The notes: generated from the sequence alone by a model not told the origin. Counted from the first letter of the stretch, positions 28,914-44,919 are shown. The stretch is DNA of 64,000 bases from Camelus dromedarius (GCF_036321535.1 NC_087447.1:38938001-39002000); one strand, 5' to 3'. Program-made: numbers and translations.

Positions 28914-31562
28914 AAACCACATCTTATTTTTAAAAATAAGTACCTAGAAAGTTCATGTGGTAATTCCTTAATCTAAGAGTTTAAAGTTAACACTAGCTAT
29001 ACTTTTGTCATGTTTAAGTATAAATATTCATTTGAAGCCCTCTTCCTCAAGTCAAATGAGCAAAAATTTTAAAGAATAAAAAACTAATAATTTTTAAAGG
29101 CAGAAACCTCATTTGGGGAGAGGACGAGTGCTGGTAGGAAATATTCTAGCACTTGATATTTATTTAATATGCCTTACTCAGCTTCCAATAAAACAAAAAC
29201 CACGGCTTGCTTTGATGTTCTTTGAACCTGCAGAGCAGTTCTCATTTCAGAACCTTCACCCCTGCCGTTTCCTCTACCTTTACCACCCTTCCTCTGCATA
29301 CACACATGGATTCTTCCTCACTTCATTCAGGTCTCTGCCCAAACGTCATCTCAAGAGAGAACTTTTCTGACCATCTTACCTCAAGTGCACCACCATTACT
29401 TTCAACCCTCTTTATCTGCTTTAACTTGTCTCCCTAATTAGAATATAAATTCCGAAATGCTGGGACTTTGTTTTGTTCACTGCTATACCTATAGAAGGAC
29501 TCAATCAATATATCTTTGCAGAGGGAGGGCAAACAGGAAGAACACAAGTGCAATGGGAAGGACGCTACTAGAGTGTAACTAGCCATATGAGCTATACTGT
29601 CACTGAGTAGCCCTTTAAGAAGTAGATTTGTTTCTAAAAAGTAATTCAGAGAAAAGAAGTTTTTCTAGTTAAAGTAAGGATTATTTAAAGTTTTCATATG
29701 GGGACTTAATAAACAGCAGAGACAAAAGTAGTAAGTATTATTATTCTTTAGTGCCTTAATAATAGTTTCAAATTATTTCTAAAAGGAAAAACTAGTATTA
29801 ATTTACACCCCACTGTTAAAACCCTGTGGGTCTTTATGAGCAGAAAAAAATATAGACAAGAAAAACATGGAGGCTTTACATAAGTGAAATTTATCTTTCT
29901 GAACCAAAATTATATGTGAATGGGAATCATTCTCAAATAATCTAACACCTTAGTAAAGAAAACATTCTAGTTTAACCTTTTCTTAATTTATTATAAGTCA
30001 CTGTAGTGAATATTGGTGATTATATTTTATTATAATGCTGTGATGTTTAGAAAATTAAAGTTTATTTAATTTAAATTTTTAAATACTCCTGTAAAGGTCT
30101 TATTGTGCATCTTTTCTCTTTACTCTCTTAACTGTCCTTCTGTTATCATACTTTGTCACTCCCAGGACACAAGCTTCCCACTACTGCCATAACCCATAAA
30201 CTGACTTTTATTCCTGCTGTTTTTACCTCTGTTATTCTCAGTCGTCCTTCACCTTCTTCTGATTTTGTCATCTTCTCTTCTAATTTTTGTCAACTTGGGC
30301 ACCAAGCTTTTTGACATCAGCTTTGGGAAATTAAGCTATTTTCACTCAGTGTGTACCAGCTACAACTCTTACAACTAGTAAGCTATCCAACACTCAAGAT
30401 TACTTTCCCCACTGTATCAAAAAGCCTTCCATCATCTTTGCCTTACTTTTTTATCTATTAGGGAAGTAATGTTATAAACTAGAAAGAAATTTATTATATC
30501 AAGTCATTTGTGTTACCTCTGGCATCTATTAGCTACACAACTTCAGATAAAATGACAGCTTCTGAGATTCACTGTCCATATTTGTAAAATGGGATATATC
30601 AACATCTAGCCTATCAGAGCATAAGCTCTAGGTTCAATTGTCAGAGTTCACAGACACTGGATCTAGCACTATGTAACCTTATAGAATGGGAACAGCACCA
30701 GTACTTATGCTATAGAGTTGTGATAAATACATATAAAGGTGCTTTGCACACAGTGCTTGGCACAAGGTAAGCACTCAATAAATATTAGTCATTATTAACT
30801 ATGGATTTCTATTGAAAGATCAAAACAGACTGGAATACAAATGTCTAATAAATTATTTCTTAATTCTAGAAAGTTGTTCATCAATAATTAGTCATCATAT
30901 CTTTTGACACTTTTTCAGCAATTCTTTGCTCAGAGCAACTCAGAGGTTTCTGGGGTTTTGGGGTTTTTTTGTTGTTGTTGTTAGTATGTAAGTCAGCTGC
31001 CCTAGAAGCTTAAACGGTATCAGATACCTACCTAATAACTAAAAAACTACATAGCTACTGCACTAAACCACCATCGTTAAATGTCAGATAAATTCATTCA
31101 TTTTGAGAAAATTCAAAAGCTTCTGATTGTGAAATAATTTTATTCCAGCTCATTTTCATTTTTTCTCAGTGATATTTTTTTTTAAGGTTCAAAATGTATG
31201 ACATATTCTTGTATTCTATACTATCTCTCTGTCATCATGTTCTCATTCGTCAAATGGGAATATGTGACTTTGCTACCTCCACCTCCTAATACTGTTGTAG
31301 GGAGCAATTAGTGCTTACAAATTTTTAACTGTTATCAAAGCACTGTGTCTCACAGCACAGTAGCATAATTAGAAACCACCTCTTAATTGTTACTGTTCTA
31401 AAAACCACTTAAAATATCTAGTAATTACAAATAACCTGCCTTAAATATTCTAAAAACACATTAAAGAGCTACCATAAAGGTAATTTAGAATTTGTTATTC
31501 AATTTTGCCCCCCATAGATGAAAGCTTTTTTCTCCTACTGATCACAAGTCATATCCAGTTTA

Positions 31563-31934
<372 letters not shown>

Positions 31935-33399
31935 TTATGTTCATTGTTATGTACTAGAAGTTAAAAAATCTCTTAGTAGTTAAGTAAGTATTTTAAAGAA
32001 CTGGTAAAAATCATAGTTGAATATTAACAAGAGGGGATATTAACCTCTGGTTCATTGCGGTAAGGCAGAAACTACACAGAACTGAGACACTAGCTTCTAA
32101 TCCCTGTGCTTTTTCCCTGGATCACCTCAGACAAGCCACTCACCTTCTCTGCGCCTGAGTTTTGTTAGTATAGTTTGTACCAAACGACCTCTAAAAATTC
32201 CTTCAGCAATAAGAACCCAAATCTTCATTTAAACCTCAGTTAAATCTGAAACACAAATGGTGTTTCTCTGTCTCTGAAAGTATTTATAACGCCAAATAGA
32301 GGTCAGCAGCAAGACTCAATAGCCTAGCTTGTATAACATGGTGGGGTGTCATATTCACCTATCACCACCAGTTGAAACAAGAAGAGGTTAACACCAAGTC
32401 CTTTCTCCTACATGTCTATAGTGACAATATATCCAAAAGGTGCTCAAATCTCCCTTTTAAAAACAGTCATAGTAAGAAATACACAGGCTGACTTATCCTC
32501 CCTACCCAATTCCACTGAAACAGCAAAAAAGACAGTCAACTAAGAGAATAAACAAACAAAAGAACCACGATGAATGGAAAAAAACAAGATGCAGAAGGAT
32601 TCATGAAATATGTCACTATTCAAAGCTCAGCACATTCAAAACAATGCTATTTATTGTTTAGAAATGCACACACAATAATATTAATAGATACATGAGAGAA
32701 AGTGTAATACAATTAGAAAAGGCAATAAGGAGCTTTCATTGTATTTGTTTTCTCTAAGCTGAGGAGTAAATACGTGTATTTTATGTTCAAAATTTTCACA
32801 ATTATAAAAAGAATAAATTCATAACAATTTGAAAAGCAGCAGCAGGCAGGAAGGAAGGAAAAAAGAATTTCCATTAGAAATAGATGAGACTAAATTGACA
32901 GAGAAGCCATAGCAGAAGAAATAACAACCCAGGCAAACACAGGAAAAGGACCATAAGGAGGCAAGAACTGCCCCAACCCCCTAAACACCAAGCTCAGGAT
33001 CAAGAGTCTGAATCAAAGCATAGGGGAATAAAGGTAATTAAAGATTGCTCACAGAACAGCAGAGCCACTTCTGATAGTCTTACTTCCTGTATAAATTTTA
33101 GTTCTCAGGCTTAGTATCAAGATCTGCTGAGAAAAACATCCAGCATTGGTGATAGGGACAAAAGAGAAGTAGGGCTGAGCTTGAGTATGATCTAAAGATC
33201 CGCAAATGGAGGTGAGGAAGTGGAGGAATGAGAGAGAGTAAACAAACAGAACCAAAAGAAAAAGTCTTCAGAGCACTGGGCCCCAGAAATAAATTTTAGG
33301 TCCTCATACTATCTGGCTGCTGCTGGCCTTTAAAACAAACTTATGCAGAGCTCTCAGTTGGGAATTCCACTTGAAGAAAAGCTCTTTTGGAAAAACAGA

Positions 33400-36105
33400 T
33401 CTCAAAAAACTGAGAGGAAGCCAGTATCAGTTACCAAAACCAACAGTCTAGTCCTTCATAAATATGGATAACCACAGATCACCAGATATTTAAGAGATAC
33501 CTACAAAATTAAGGACCAAAATAAAAAGCAACAGAACCAACCACAGCGAAAACTATAATGAAAAATTTAAAGAAAACTTGAACTCTAATACCCTCCAAGC
33601 CATTCGTAAGTATATTGCATCCATCAAATAAGAAACTATAATGAAAAAAAAAAAGAATAAGAAAGCATTTGGAAATCAGAAATTCAGATGTAGAAAATTC
33701 AATCTATAAACAATCAGAATTATCAAGTAAATTTAAGAAGGTCACTAGATACAAGGTTTATGTGGGAAAAATAAATGTATTTCTATACACCAGCAACACA
33801 CAGAAAATGAAGTAAAAAAAAAAAAAAACCTATACCACTTAGAATACCATCAAAAATACCAAAAAATTATGGAAAATATCAAGTATTGACTGGTGAAGAT
33901 GTAAAGAAATTGGAACTCATGTACCTTGCCAAAGGGAAAGCAAAATGACTCAGCTGCTATGGGAAAGTTTGGCAGTTCTTCAAAAAGTTAAACACAGAAT
34001 TATCACATGGCCTTCATTCCACCCCCAAAAAACTGCAAATAGATACTCAAAACAAGTATATGTACACACGTATACAGCAGTACTGTTCAAAACAGCAAAA
34101 CAGTACAAACAATCCTAATGTCCATCAACAGATGAATGGATAAACAAATTGATATATACATATAATGGAATACTACTCAGTCATAAAAAGAAATGAATTA
34201 CTAATACATACTACAATGGGGGATGAACCTCAAAAACATTAGCATGGTGAAAAAGTCAGATATAAATGATCATATATTATATGATTTCATTTATATGAAA
34301 TATCCAAAAGAGATAAATCCATAGAGACAGAAGGCAGACTGGTAGTTGGCAGGGGCTAAGGAGCGAGGAGAGAGGGCAGTGGAGGAAAACTGCTTAAAGA
34401 GCTTTAATTTTGAGTGATGGAAATGTTTTGGAACTAGACAGGTGGCAGCTGCAAAACACTGTGAATGTAATAAATCCCACATAATTTTTCTCTTTAAAAT
34501 GGTTAATTTTATATTATGTGAATTTCACCCCAATGAATCATTTTTTTGAAAACATCAAATATTAGAAATAAATGTAAAGGATGTTTAAGACTAGTATTCT
34601 GAAAACTACAAAACAGAAATTAAACAACACTTAAATGGAGACATATACTACATTCCTGGATCAGAAGACACCTTTATAAGATGTCAACTCACCATCCTTA
34701 GATTCAATATAATCCCAATCAATATCTAAGCTGTGTGTGGAAACTAAGATTCTTAAATGTTACAGAAATGCAAAGCCAAGCCAAGCATGAAGAATAACAA
34801 ACCTGGAGAACTTACATTACCACATATCAAGATGTATTATAAAGCTACAGAAATGTAGTATGTGGACAAGAAGTAAATAGTATAGTCAACTGGATATCCA
34901 TACAGAAAAAAATGAATCTTGATTTTATCTATATCATACCACACACAAAAATGAATTCCAGGTAGACTATATACCCAAATGTGAAAGGTAAAATAATTAT
35001 GATTCTAGAAGATGACAGAGAATATCTCCATGATCCTAGGGTAGGCAAACATTCCTTTAATAAGACACAAGAAGTGCTAATCAAAAAGGAAAAATATGGA
35101 CAAATTGGAAGACACTAAAACTGAGTTCATGTCACAACACTATTAATAGGGAGAAAAGGCAAACCAGGTAAAAGATATCTGTAATTATGTATAATGACAA
35201 CTGATTACTATTGAGAATATATGAAGAACTAGAAGTCAGTAAGAGAAAAAACAATAGAAAAATGGGAAAGGCTTAATGGACACAAGGAAGCATAAAGAAG
35301 GAGAGTATCCAAATGGCATTACAAAAAATATCCAAATGGCCTATTAGCACATAAAAAGGGCTGAACTTCATCAGTTATCAAACCTCAATGTCAGCCCACT
35401 ACACTGTCCCCAGAATGGCTAAAATAAAAAAGACAGACAATTCACAGCATTGGTAAGGTTGCAGGTAGAAAAACTGGAACTCTCACCGACTGCTAGAGAA
35501 AGTACAGATTGGTATAACACTTAGTAAAAGTAGTACTACCTAATAAAGCTGAATAATCACTAATGTGATAAAGCAATGCCATTCCTAATGATACACCCAA
35601 CAGAAATGAATACATGTATTTACCAAAAGACTTATAAACAATGTTTACAGCAGCACTATTTTACTGGCCCCAAATTTTACAAATCCAAATGTTTGTCAAC
35701 AGTTTATCATATAAATTGTACTATATTCATACAATTTATACAATGGAATATTAAAAAACAATGAAAATGAAGTAACTATCACTACACTACACACAACATG
35801 GATGGGGCTCACAAAGAGAACACTGAGTCAATGTGGTCAGATACAAAAAATATATTATATTCTATCATGTACATAAAGCTCAACAACAGGCAAAACTCAT
35901 ATATGGTTAAAAGTCAGAACAATGGTTATTTCCCATGGCAGGAAGAGGTAGTGACCAGAAGAGGGTGTGTGTGAGGGAGGCTTCTGGGATACTGGTTATG
36001 CTCTATTTCTTGATTTGGGTGGCTCATTTTTAAAAACTCATCAAGCTATACATATGGACCTTTTAAACGTATGTTACACATTAATAAAAAGTTTACTTTT
36101 AAAAA
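33400..36105 (+). mobile_element. Cluster of ancient L1 fragments, with an L1MB-like 3' end (~33870-34540) inside an older L1
   Basis: Decayed ORF2/3'UTR motifs such as 'aatgtccatcaacagatgaatggataaacaaa', 'tattataaagctacag'; boundaries approximate. Confidence 0.7.
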
Positions 36106-38283
36106 TAAAAGCAAACATAGGGTGACCATATGTCCTGGTTTGTCTGGAACATGGTTCTATACATTATCCAAGCTTAATTTTGATTAGAGTCCCCTTTTCA
36201 AGAGTGTTCCAGTTTACACTACTTACAAGCTGCTTCAGGTCCTCAATAAGACTACTTCAAGATTTCACTGACCCAAATCCTAATTAAAACTACAGAGCAT
36301 TAAAATTAAAATGTTCTCACAGGGGACAAATAAAGAATAATTCTGCATCAATATACCTGAGGAATCTGTTAGGCATTAATGACAATTACATTCTAAATAC
36401 ATGTTAAACACAGTATCCTGAGCACATGACCTAGAAAAAGTTATCTAATTCTCTGAGCTTCATTTTCTTTATATGTAAAAATTTCTTCAACAAATACTTG
36501 TTAAGAATCTACTAAATACCAGACACCAGGAAGTTTTCTACAGGTGTTAACATGTATTTAAGACAGAAAAAGATATTAAGCAGTTTTTCCTTTAATAATT
36601 GAGGATTTATAGCCTGACTATGTGATTGGCTTAACCCTAAAGAAAACATAACTATGTGCTTTCTTCCTCATCTACCAGGACACCCTCCCTATAAACCCTA
36701 AACAACGTATCTGTTAACACCAAATAGCAGAAAACTTTTACCAAACAACTCTCTCTCCTTAACAGTATAAAGATTATCTGCTAAGAGTGGCAGAATGAAA
36801 CTGCTTTTTATCAGTTTTAGGTAACTATCTTAAAGCTACTTGCATGTGATTTTATCCTACTATAAATATAAAGCTTTATGGTTTTCTTCATGGAAGAAAG
36901 AACAGAATTCCCACAACTCCCCCACTTATCACAAAGCAACCAAAAACACTACAAGCACCAAGTATTTTTAAATTGTCTCCAGGTATTCTTGGAAGTATTC
37001 CACCCACCAGTACACTTTACCCTATTAACTTAATGGCAAAGCCAGCACAAATGAGAATTCTTTTAAAGGAAAAGTGTAGACATCACATCTTTCACATAGT
37101 CCTGCCAGATGGCCAGAAGCTACAGGAAAAGCAGAAGTCAAGAAAAAAGTGCTACCGATTCTCCCAGCACATGCTGTCTAGATTCATACTATGTGATTCT
37201 ACAACACAGTGAGATATTTAAGGCTCTGATCATCTACTGAAAAGAAGCTGCAGCACTGCAATAAGGAAAGCAGTAGTACCATTCCATGTGCCAGGGTAGA
37301 GGAGCTGTGAAATGTGATGCAAATTTATTTTCACTGTACTTGCGCTGCCTTAGGAAACACCACCTAGCAGTGGCAGCTGGGTATTTTCTTTAAAAAAAAA
37401 AAAAACCTTATCCTGTGGTTCAAAAGTTAAAGAGGCAAAATCTTTCCGAAGACCAGCAAAATGGTGGGTACCAAATATCAATTATTTTCAAGGCTTTCTT
37501 CCTCAAATGAGTTTTCCCAGTGGGTTTTTTGTTATGCATTTATATTTACATTAAGAGAATATACTAAAAAGTTACTTAAACTCCTAGCGATGAATGTATC
37601 TTAGTTAAAGTCCAGGCTTTGCCACTTTGAAACTATGAGATCCTAAGATAAAACTACTACTTTGAACCTGTTTCCTTATCTGTAAAAGGAGAACATGCAG
37701 GTCTCACGGGCAAAAAGAGCCTGAAATGAACACAAATGGAGAAACCACAGAGAGATTCTAAGATAGCAATCACCTACTCAATATAAACTGCACCCTTGTA
37801 AAATAATTGCAGTCTCTTAATAAAAGTCCTAATATTGATGGAAGGCCAATCATGTTGTCTCATTCGTTTTAGAAACCTATTTAAGATAAATAGAGAGAAG
37901 ATCCTCTCTCTCATTTTCAACTTTAAAAAAAAATTCTTTAAATAGACAAAGCAATTAAAGTTAGAGGCTGGGGTATTACAATAACAAGAAAATCACAAAA
38001 ATCTACTTTAAAAAAGCAATCCTTTAGTGCCAAGAAATGGGAATTCTTTTGCTTGTGTTAGAGCTGAAAACAACTCAAATTAATTAAAACTTTTAATATA
38101 CTGTCAACTAGTTGTTGCAGACACTTGCTAAACAGAAAGACAAATGTGAATAAGTATATGGAGATTAGGGTGGGGTAGGAGGAAGGAACAAGAAAGAGGC
38201 AGGCCCATGGGCTTGAAGCTAGCAATTTTGTCTAAGGTCACTCAGCACACATATATGGACAAGACAAATGTGAACCAGTATCT

Positions 38284-38659
38284 TCTTTTTCTTAAAAAAT
38301 TTTTAAATTGAAGTATAGTTGATTTACAGTGTGTTAGTTTCTGATGTACAGCAAACTGACTCAATTACGCATACACATATTCTTCTTCAGATTCTTTTCT
38401 ATTACAGGTTATTACAAGATATTTAATATAGTTCCCTGTGTTATACAGTAGGTCCTTGTTGTTTCTCTATTTTATATATAGTAGTGTGTATATGTTAATT
38501 CCAAACTCCTTATTTATCCACCCCCACCCCTTTTCCCCTTTGGAAACCAGTTTGTTTTCTATGAGTCTATTTCTGGTTTGCAAATAAGTTCATTTGTGTC
38601 ATTTTTTTTAGATTCCACATATAAGAGAGATCATTTATTTGTCTTTGTCTGACTCACTT
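38284..38659 (-). mobile_element. 5'-truncated L1 3' end
   Basis: Reverse-strand L1 3'UTR; 13-bp TSD TGAACCAGTATCT at 38271-38283 and 38660-38672. Confidence 0.88.
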
Positions 38660-39535
38660 TGAACCAGTATCTCCTAACTAAATTCCACATTTATAGAGGG
38701 TATAAAAAGTTTCTACTTGTCTTATAGTGAGGTAAAGACAACAACTCATGAGTAAGGTCTAAGTGCACAGCACTGGAAAAGAAGTTCAAAGAAACTAAAG
38801 AGGTTGTCTAGAAGGTCCCTTCCATTGTTAAAGTTGTATGATTCACTGTAAGAGGAACAGCATTCTTCACTACAGGGCCTTCTTGGCTTATAAGAGACAA
38901 GAATGTGCTCCACAGAAATTTTAGCATATGAAATAAGGCAAATCCTGGCTAAAAAAATTCTTAAAATTCCGTACCACTTCACAATAAAAGTTGATAGGCT
39001 ACCAACACAATTTAGAAATGAGACTACTGACTGGTTCAGGTAGACTCTTAAACAATTAAAATTCAAAGGCAATTAGACTTTACCAGTATTTCCCCAAGGG
39101 CCATTTCCAGAGGCACCCAAACAGAGTGAGAAAGGAAGAGGTGTACAGTCAAACTTAGAACTTGACTCAAAAGACCACCTAGATGTACTTAATTATTGCC
39201 ACTACAGTTTTAAATAAAAAGATATCATTCTCAAGTTAAGAAATAAGCACTTACCAAAAAGGTTAGTGGATTTATTTCCAACTCTGCTCTATCCACTGAA
39301 AGACCTTTCCTAAACAGAATCATTTATTGGAATGTTGGAAACAAAAAAGGGCAATAGAGGTAATAAACTAAGGTAGAAGACAAGAAGCTCTGGGGTCATG
39401 CTTAAGATTAACAACAAAATTCAAACATGTTTCTAAAACTATCTATACCAAGATATACAAAAATCTATAATGAATACATATATTATGTGTTGGACTTAAC
39501 TACTTTTGAAAAACAGTGAGTTTTGCTTAAGGGAA

Positions 39536-40087
39536 CATAGAGGTTCAGAATTTGTACCCCAAAGCATATCACTATGGCATGTAGGTTACTTTGAACTGAA
39601 GGAACAGATCCAACAGATGCAGAAAGAAGTCTTCTTAAAGCTTCCCTTATCTGATTAAAAGCAGAAACTTCTAAGAAATGAGGACTGCCACAAGAAGGAC
39701 TCTTTGGGTGAGTTTCATGGCCATGAAAAGTATAGAAAGTTAGCACTGAGATGAGTTTGCACAAACTTTACTAAAATAGCCTACATCTTCTGTTAGTTTT
39801 CCCATATATTTACCTTCCCACAATTTACTGCCGCTAGTAGCCCAAATGCCTTTTCCTTTGTCTAGTCATTTCTCTATAATTATAACCTTTTGTTAATATG
39901 GTGTATAAGCTCTCAAGTCTAACCATCTCTTTTGGAGTTTTCACTTCTTTTCTGTGAAGCCTTCATGCACATTTTAAAAAAATGTATGTATGCCTTTTCT
40001 CTTATTAGTCTGTCCTTTGTCAGTTTAATTCACAAGAATCAGTCCTAGAACATAAGAGGACACAAAAAAGGTCTTTTCTCCCCTACA
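39536..40087 (+). mobile_element. ERV1 solo LTR (MER34-like)
   Basis: Related to the LTR at 61782-62280 ('accccaaa...tactttgaactgaagg'); ends CCCCTACA. Confidence 0.7.
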
Positions 40088-40974
40088 TCTCTTGAACTAT
40101 TAAGAAATCAAATCTCTAGAGAAGCCAATTTCAGTACTATGTTAAGTCTGGCCCTGCTATAAACTGCTTCCTGATAAATAAGGTAGGCCCTTTGCGGAAA
40201 CAAGTCTTTTCAGATAACCCAATGCCATGCTGTAGTGGGAACCCATGGACTCAGTCTAGCAAGGCTGGGTTGGAATCCAGGCTCATCCATTCATCTTGGG
40301 GCTGAGCTTACCTACCTGTTTGGCTCTGTAATTTCCTCATCTCTTAAACATATAGCATACACACCCTCTCCCTTCACTTCATAGCATCATGTATAAGGAT
40401 TAAATGTAATAACACATAAAAGGCTGGGCACATAGTTACATTTCCTTATTCATCTTCCCCATACTTCTTTGGCACTGATTCTTGGTACGGTCCCTTAGCA
40501 ATCAGTCCGATCAGTGATATTTCAATCTAAAAAAATTTAATGATCCTTTCTTCTGGAAATAATTAATCATTTACTTACGAGTATAATTTTTAGAGTAGGA
40601 AAATCTTTTTACTACCAAAGTAAAACTAATTACTATATTATCTGTGGACTATATACTATTATATTCACATGCACATATATTCATTTTTTAATTCTGGGAA
40701 GGAAATTAATGATTTTAGGAGAAGTAGGTTTAAACCAAACCTCTGAGGGCTTGAAAAACAACTGACAAGCCATACCTACTTATGCTGAAAGAAGGGTTAG
40801 CAAGCCTTTAAATGCTTCCTAAGGTAGGAAATCAGACTAGCCTCAGAACAGTTTTATTAGTAGCAATGTACTTGGGTAATCCCTCTACCCTGGAGGTTCT
40901 CAAACTTGTAGATGGTGGTATAGAACAACTAGATGGGTAAAAAATATAAATAAAAAGTAAACAGGAAAAAAAAG

Positions 40975-41680
40975 GCTCTTATCCATCTTTAAAGATGTTC
41001 AACCTTAGTCATTGAGAAAAATGCAAATTAGGACTACAAGATTGATTTTTTTCACTTATGAGACTTAAAGACACACAAAAAAGATAAAATGGACATAGGG
41101 AACAGAGACTCCTATATTGCTGGTAGGGCCTCAAATTAGTACAGTGTCCATGGGGGGGTAATCTGGCCTATCTATCAAATATTAAACGCTCATTACCTTT
41201 GACCCAGTAATTATACTTCTAAAAATTTAGCCTGAAGCTATTCTTACATGTGTGTGTGAGCTGATGTATTCATTGCTGCATTGATAGCAAAAGACTGACA
41301 ACCTAAATGTCCACCAGTAGGGGACTGGGCAAACAAACTGGCATATTCCTGTAATAAATAGTATACTCCACAACTAAAAAGGAAAGCGGTGGTTCAACAA
41401 ATATTGATATGCAACAGCATTCATAATAAAATTTAAAAGCCAAGATGCAATATACTATATGAAATACCTTTTATGGAAAAGGAATGAAAAAATTCATATG
41501 CTTATAAATACATACTTCTCTGGCAAAACAAAACAAAACAAAAAACCAGTAAAGATGGCTGCCTCTGGGAGAGAGAACTGGATAACTTGGGAACAGAGAT
41601 GATGGGCATTTACTTTTCACTATATATCTTTTGTTCATTGTTCAATTATGTAGTAAGTGCATGTACTACCTATTTTTAAA
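40975..41680 (+). mobile_element. Ancient L1 (L1ME-like) 3' fragment
   Basis: 'acctttgacccagtaatt', 'caacctaaatgtccaccagtaggggactgg' motifs. Confidence 0.7.
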
Positions 41681-42741
41681 AACCACTGTTTTTGTAAAAT
41701 GGAAAAATCAAAAGGTACCAAAAAAATATTTGAAAGCACTGACGTTCCCCTCAATTAGCTAGTTTCCACTATCTTTTGTCTTATAACACTTGACAAACTT
41801 TTCATCTATTGGGAAACAAGTCTGAAAAATCTTTTTTATAGTGAAAATAAAAGACTACCATTGTATTTTTAAAAAAGGTATTATCTTTCTTCTGCTAATC
41901 TTTATGTCTTAAAATTTTAATTTCATTTCCTTTTTAGATAGAAAATCTACTTTTTAGATTAAAAACCAGGTGATGATTTAACTATAAAACTGTTGCTTAA
42001 CAGGACTCTTAATAGGCTGGATTTCCTAAATGGAATGTGAAAAATTCTTCCCACATCAGAGTAATGTTGATCTTGGAATCAGATGCCCCCCCCCCATCTC
42101 CTGAGAGAATCCCTACGTTCACCATATTCACAGAGAAGTCAAGTACACAAAACTCCCAAATACAGTCCTGCAGTGAACTTTAGACTGGCTCTGCCTGTAT
42201 ATTTCTTTCTTCAGTATTTATTGAACATAAATAGTAAAAACTGATAGAGTATTTGCAAGAACTCTTAGTTTCATGTTTTAGGTGCTACAAATTTATTTAG
42301 GGAAACTTAACACTGATATGAAAAGTCTCTAGACAATGTCTAAACATTCATTCCAGTTTCCTACAAATTTCCATCACCTACAGTTATACCTTAGAGTAGG
42401 GTCTCTTTAGTTGTCTTCCTCTTAAAAATTGGCTCCTCTGTGCCTTTTGGAAGTAAACAAACCCAAAGTAAAAAATCTAACAATGGAGACAGCGGGGAGA
42501 GAAAACAAAGAATTAGCTATTTCATCTAACTGTTCATTAGGATTTACAGATTGACTCCCAATCAGGGGCAATTTTATATTTAACACAGCCACATCCAATG
42601 CTGTTTTGTCCTGTTGTCCTATAACTCTAAGCTGGAGGACCACTTGGCAGGAGTATTGAAGGAAATTCAAGCAGCAGTAGATAGAATGCTGAGCTAAATG
42701 GTCTTTTAATATCCCTTAGATTCCATGATTGAAAAAGTAAA

Positions 42742-42773
42742 AAACAAACAAACAAACAAACAAACAAACAAAC
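42742..42773. repeat. (AAAC)8 microsatellite
   Basis: Read directly from the sequence. Confidence 0.95.
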
Positions 42774-42830
42774 AAAAAAACTTCAAATATCCTTAAAAGG
42801 AGGGAATTAATTCCAAAATATTCTAAACGA

Positions 42831-43043
42831 AGAGTTGGCAAAGGTTTCTTTAAAGGGTAAAGTAGTAAACATTTTCAGCTTGTGGGTCATATAATCTTAG
42901 TAGCAACTACTCAATTCTGACATTTGGAGCATAAAACCAGCCATGAACATTTAAGTTAAATAAATGGGCATGGCTGTATTCCAATAAAACTTTATTTACA
43001 AAAACAGGAAGACAGTTTGCAGATCCTAGTTTGCCAACCTTTG
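42831..43043 (-). mobile_element. MER58A-like hAT element
   Basis: 'ttccaataaaactttatttacaaaaacagg' is the reverse complement of the MER58A core. Confidence 0.8.
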
Positions 43044-43634
43044 TTGTAAATAAAAGATTCTGAATATACCACATTTAGAAAAATGAACTGCTGAGAAGAG
43101 TATCAATGGGAAACCACAGCACGGTCGAAATGTCCATTGCGTATTATTCCACTATTACTAGAGTTACTGTGCATAACACTCTAAATTTTCACTTGTTTTT
43201 CCACTGAAAGGGAAATGGAGATTGAGTATTTCTATCAGATAGAAATTAATACTCTTTAATCCAGAAGTTCATGAATAGGGTTAGAGGGGCGGGATAGGGA
43301 ATCTAAGAATATGTTAAAGTTTCATGTAAAATATTGTTGCGAGTGTTTGTATGTATGTGTGTACAAGTATGCACTCCCATGCATATCATCTGCACATTTT
43401 TCCAGGGGAAAAACCCACTGTTTTTATCAGATTCTCAAAAGGGTCAATGAGCCTAAACAGTTAAAAATTACTATCAAATTTTATATGTACTATTGTATAT
43501 GCTAGAGGCAAGGGAGACTTGAAGTACAAAGAAAAGAGCTTCATGGTCACTGATTAAAAACCCCATTCACATCTAATCTGGAATAAAATTGTGTAAATGG
43601 TTAAAACATAATTATACCCATCTCCCTAGAAGAC

Positions 43635-44080
43635 TGTTACAGATTTAACTGTGTTCCCCCTAAAAGGATATATTGAAATCCTAACCCTTAGTACTTCAGA
43701 ATGTGACCCTATTTTGAAACAGGTTTGTTGAAGGTGTAATTAATTAAGGTAAATGACATAACACTGGAGCAGAGTGGATCTGTAAACCAACATCACTGGT
43801 GTCCTTACAAGAGAAAGGGCACGTGAAGACACAGACACACACAGGGAGAACTCCACGTGACAACAAAAGCAGAGACTGGAGTTACACAGCTACAAGCCAA
43901 GACCTGCCAAAACTGCCAAGAAAAAAACTACGAAGAGGCAAGGAAGGACTCCCTTACAGGTTTCAGAGAGAGCATAGATTTTGGACCTCTAACCTCCAGA
44001 ACTACGAGACAATAAATTTCTGTTGTTTCAAGCCACCCAGTTTGTGGTACTTTGTTACAGCAGCCCTAGGAAATTAATAG
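43635..44080 (+). mobile_element. MLT1 (MaLR) solo LTR, MLT1C-like
   Basis: TG start, 'cagaatgtgacc', and tail 'aataaatttctgttgtttcaagccacccagtttgtggtactttgttacagcagcc'. Confidence 0.85.
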
Positions 44081-44421
44081 AAGGCCAAATATTTTGGTAA
44101 CTAAAATTAAGGTACAGAGCAAAAGGCCTTCTAAAGATGATCAAATGCCCTCATGCCACAACAAACATACCATGGGTACTTTCTTATACACATGACACAG
44201 TTTCAATTACCAAAATACAATCTACTAAATATTTAAGGATGGAATGGCTTTTCCAAGTGGGTACGGGAAAGAATGGTAGAAAAAAGTTTTATATATCAAA
44301 GGTAAAAGATCAAAATACAGTTAATGTTCAAATTCCAGAACAAATCACTAGGGTGTATCACTGACTGTACATCTGTGTACAGTCAAATCTCAGTATATAG
44401 TAGCTGATTCAGGAGAACTGA

Positions 44422-44919
44422 TGTTCTGAATATCTATTGTTATGTAACAGAATCACTCTAAAAGTTAGTTTTTTAAACAACAATAATCATTTTATTCTCT
44501 CTCACAGTATCTGCAAGTTAGGAATTTGGGAAGGGCTCAACTAAGCAGTTTTAACTGAACTAGGTTCTAGCTCCTGATCTTAGAGTCTCTTCACATGGTC
44601 TCTCCACATGAGGTAGTATGGGCTTCCTTATAGCATGGCAATCTCAGCCTACACTGCTTACAGAGCTGCTGAAGATTCAAGACCAGTATTCTGGCAAGTT
44701 GGATAGAAGCACACCTTTTCTGACCACATCTTGGAAGTCAGTATAGTATAACTTCTGCTATATTCTGTTGCTTGCAAGTGATTCACAAGACCACTCAAAT
44801 TCAAGGGAAGGGGACATAAACCTCACCTCAGGATAAGAGAGTAGTCAAGATCACACTGAAAGATCATGTGAAAAGGGAGATATTGTTACAACCATCTTTA
44901 GAAAATGCAACCTGCCACA
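44422..44919 (-). mobile_element. MLT1-type solo LTR
   Basis: Reverse-strand MLT1 tail 'ctattgttatgtaaca'; ends 'ccatcttt...ctgccaca'. Confidence 0.7.
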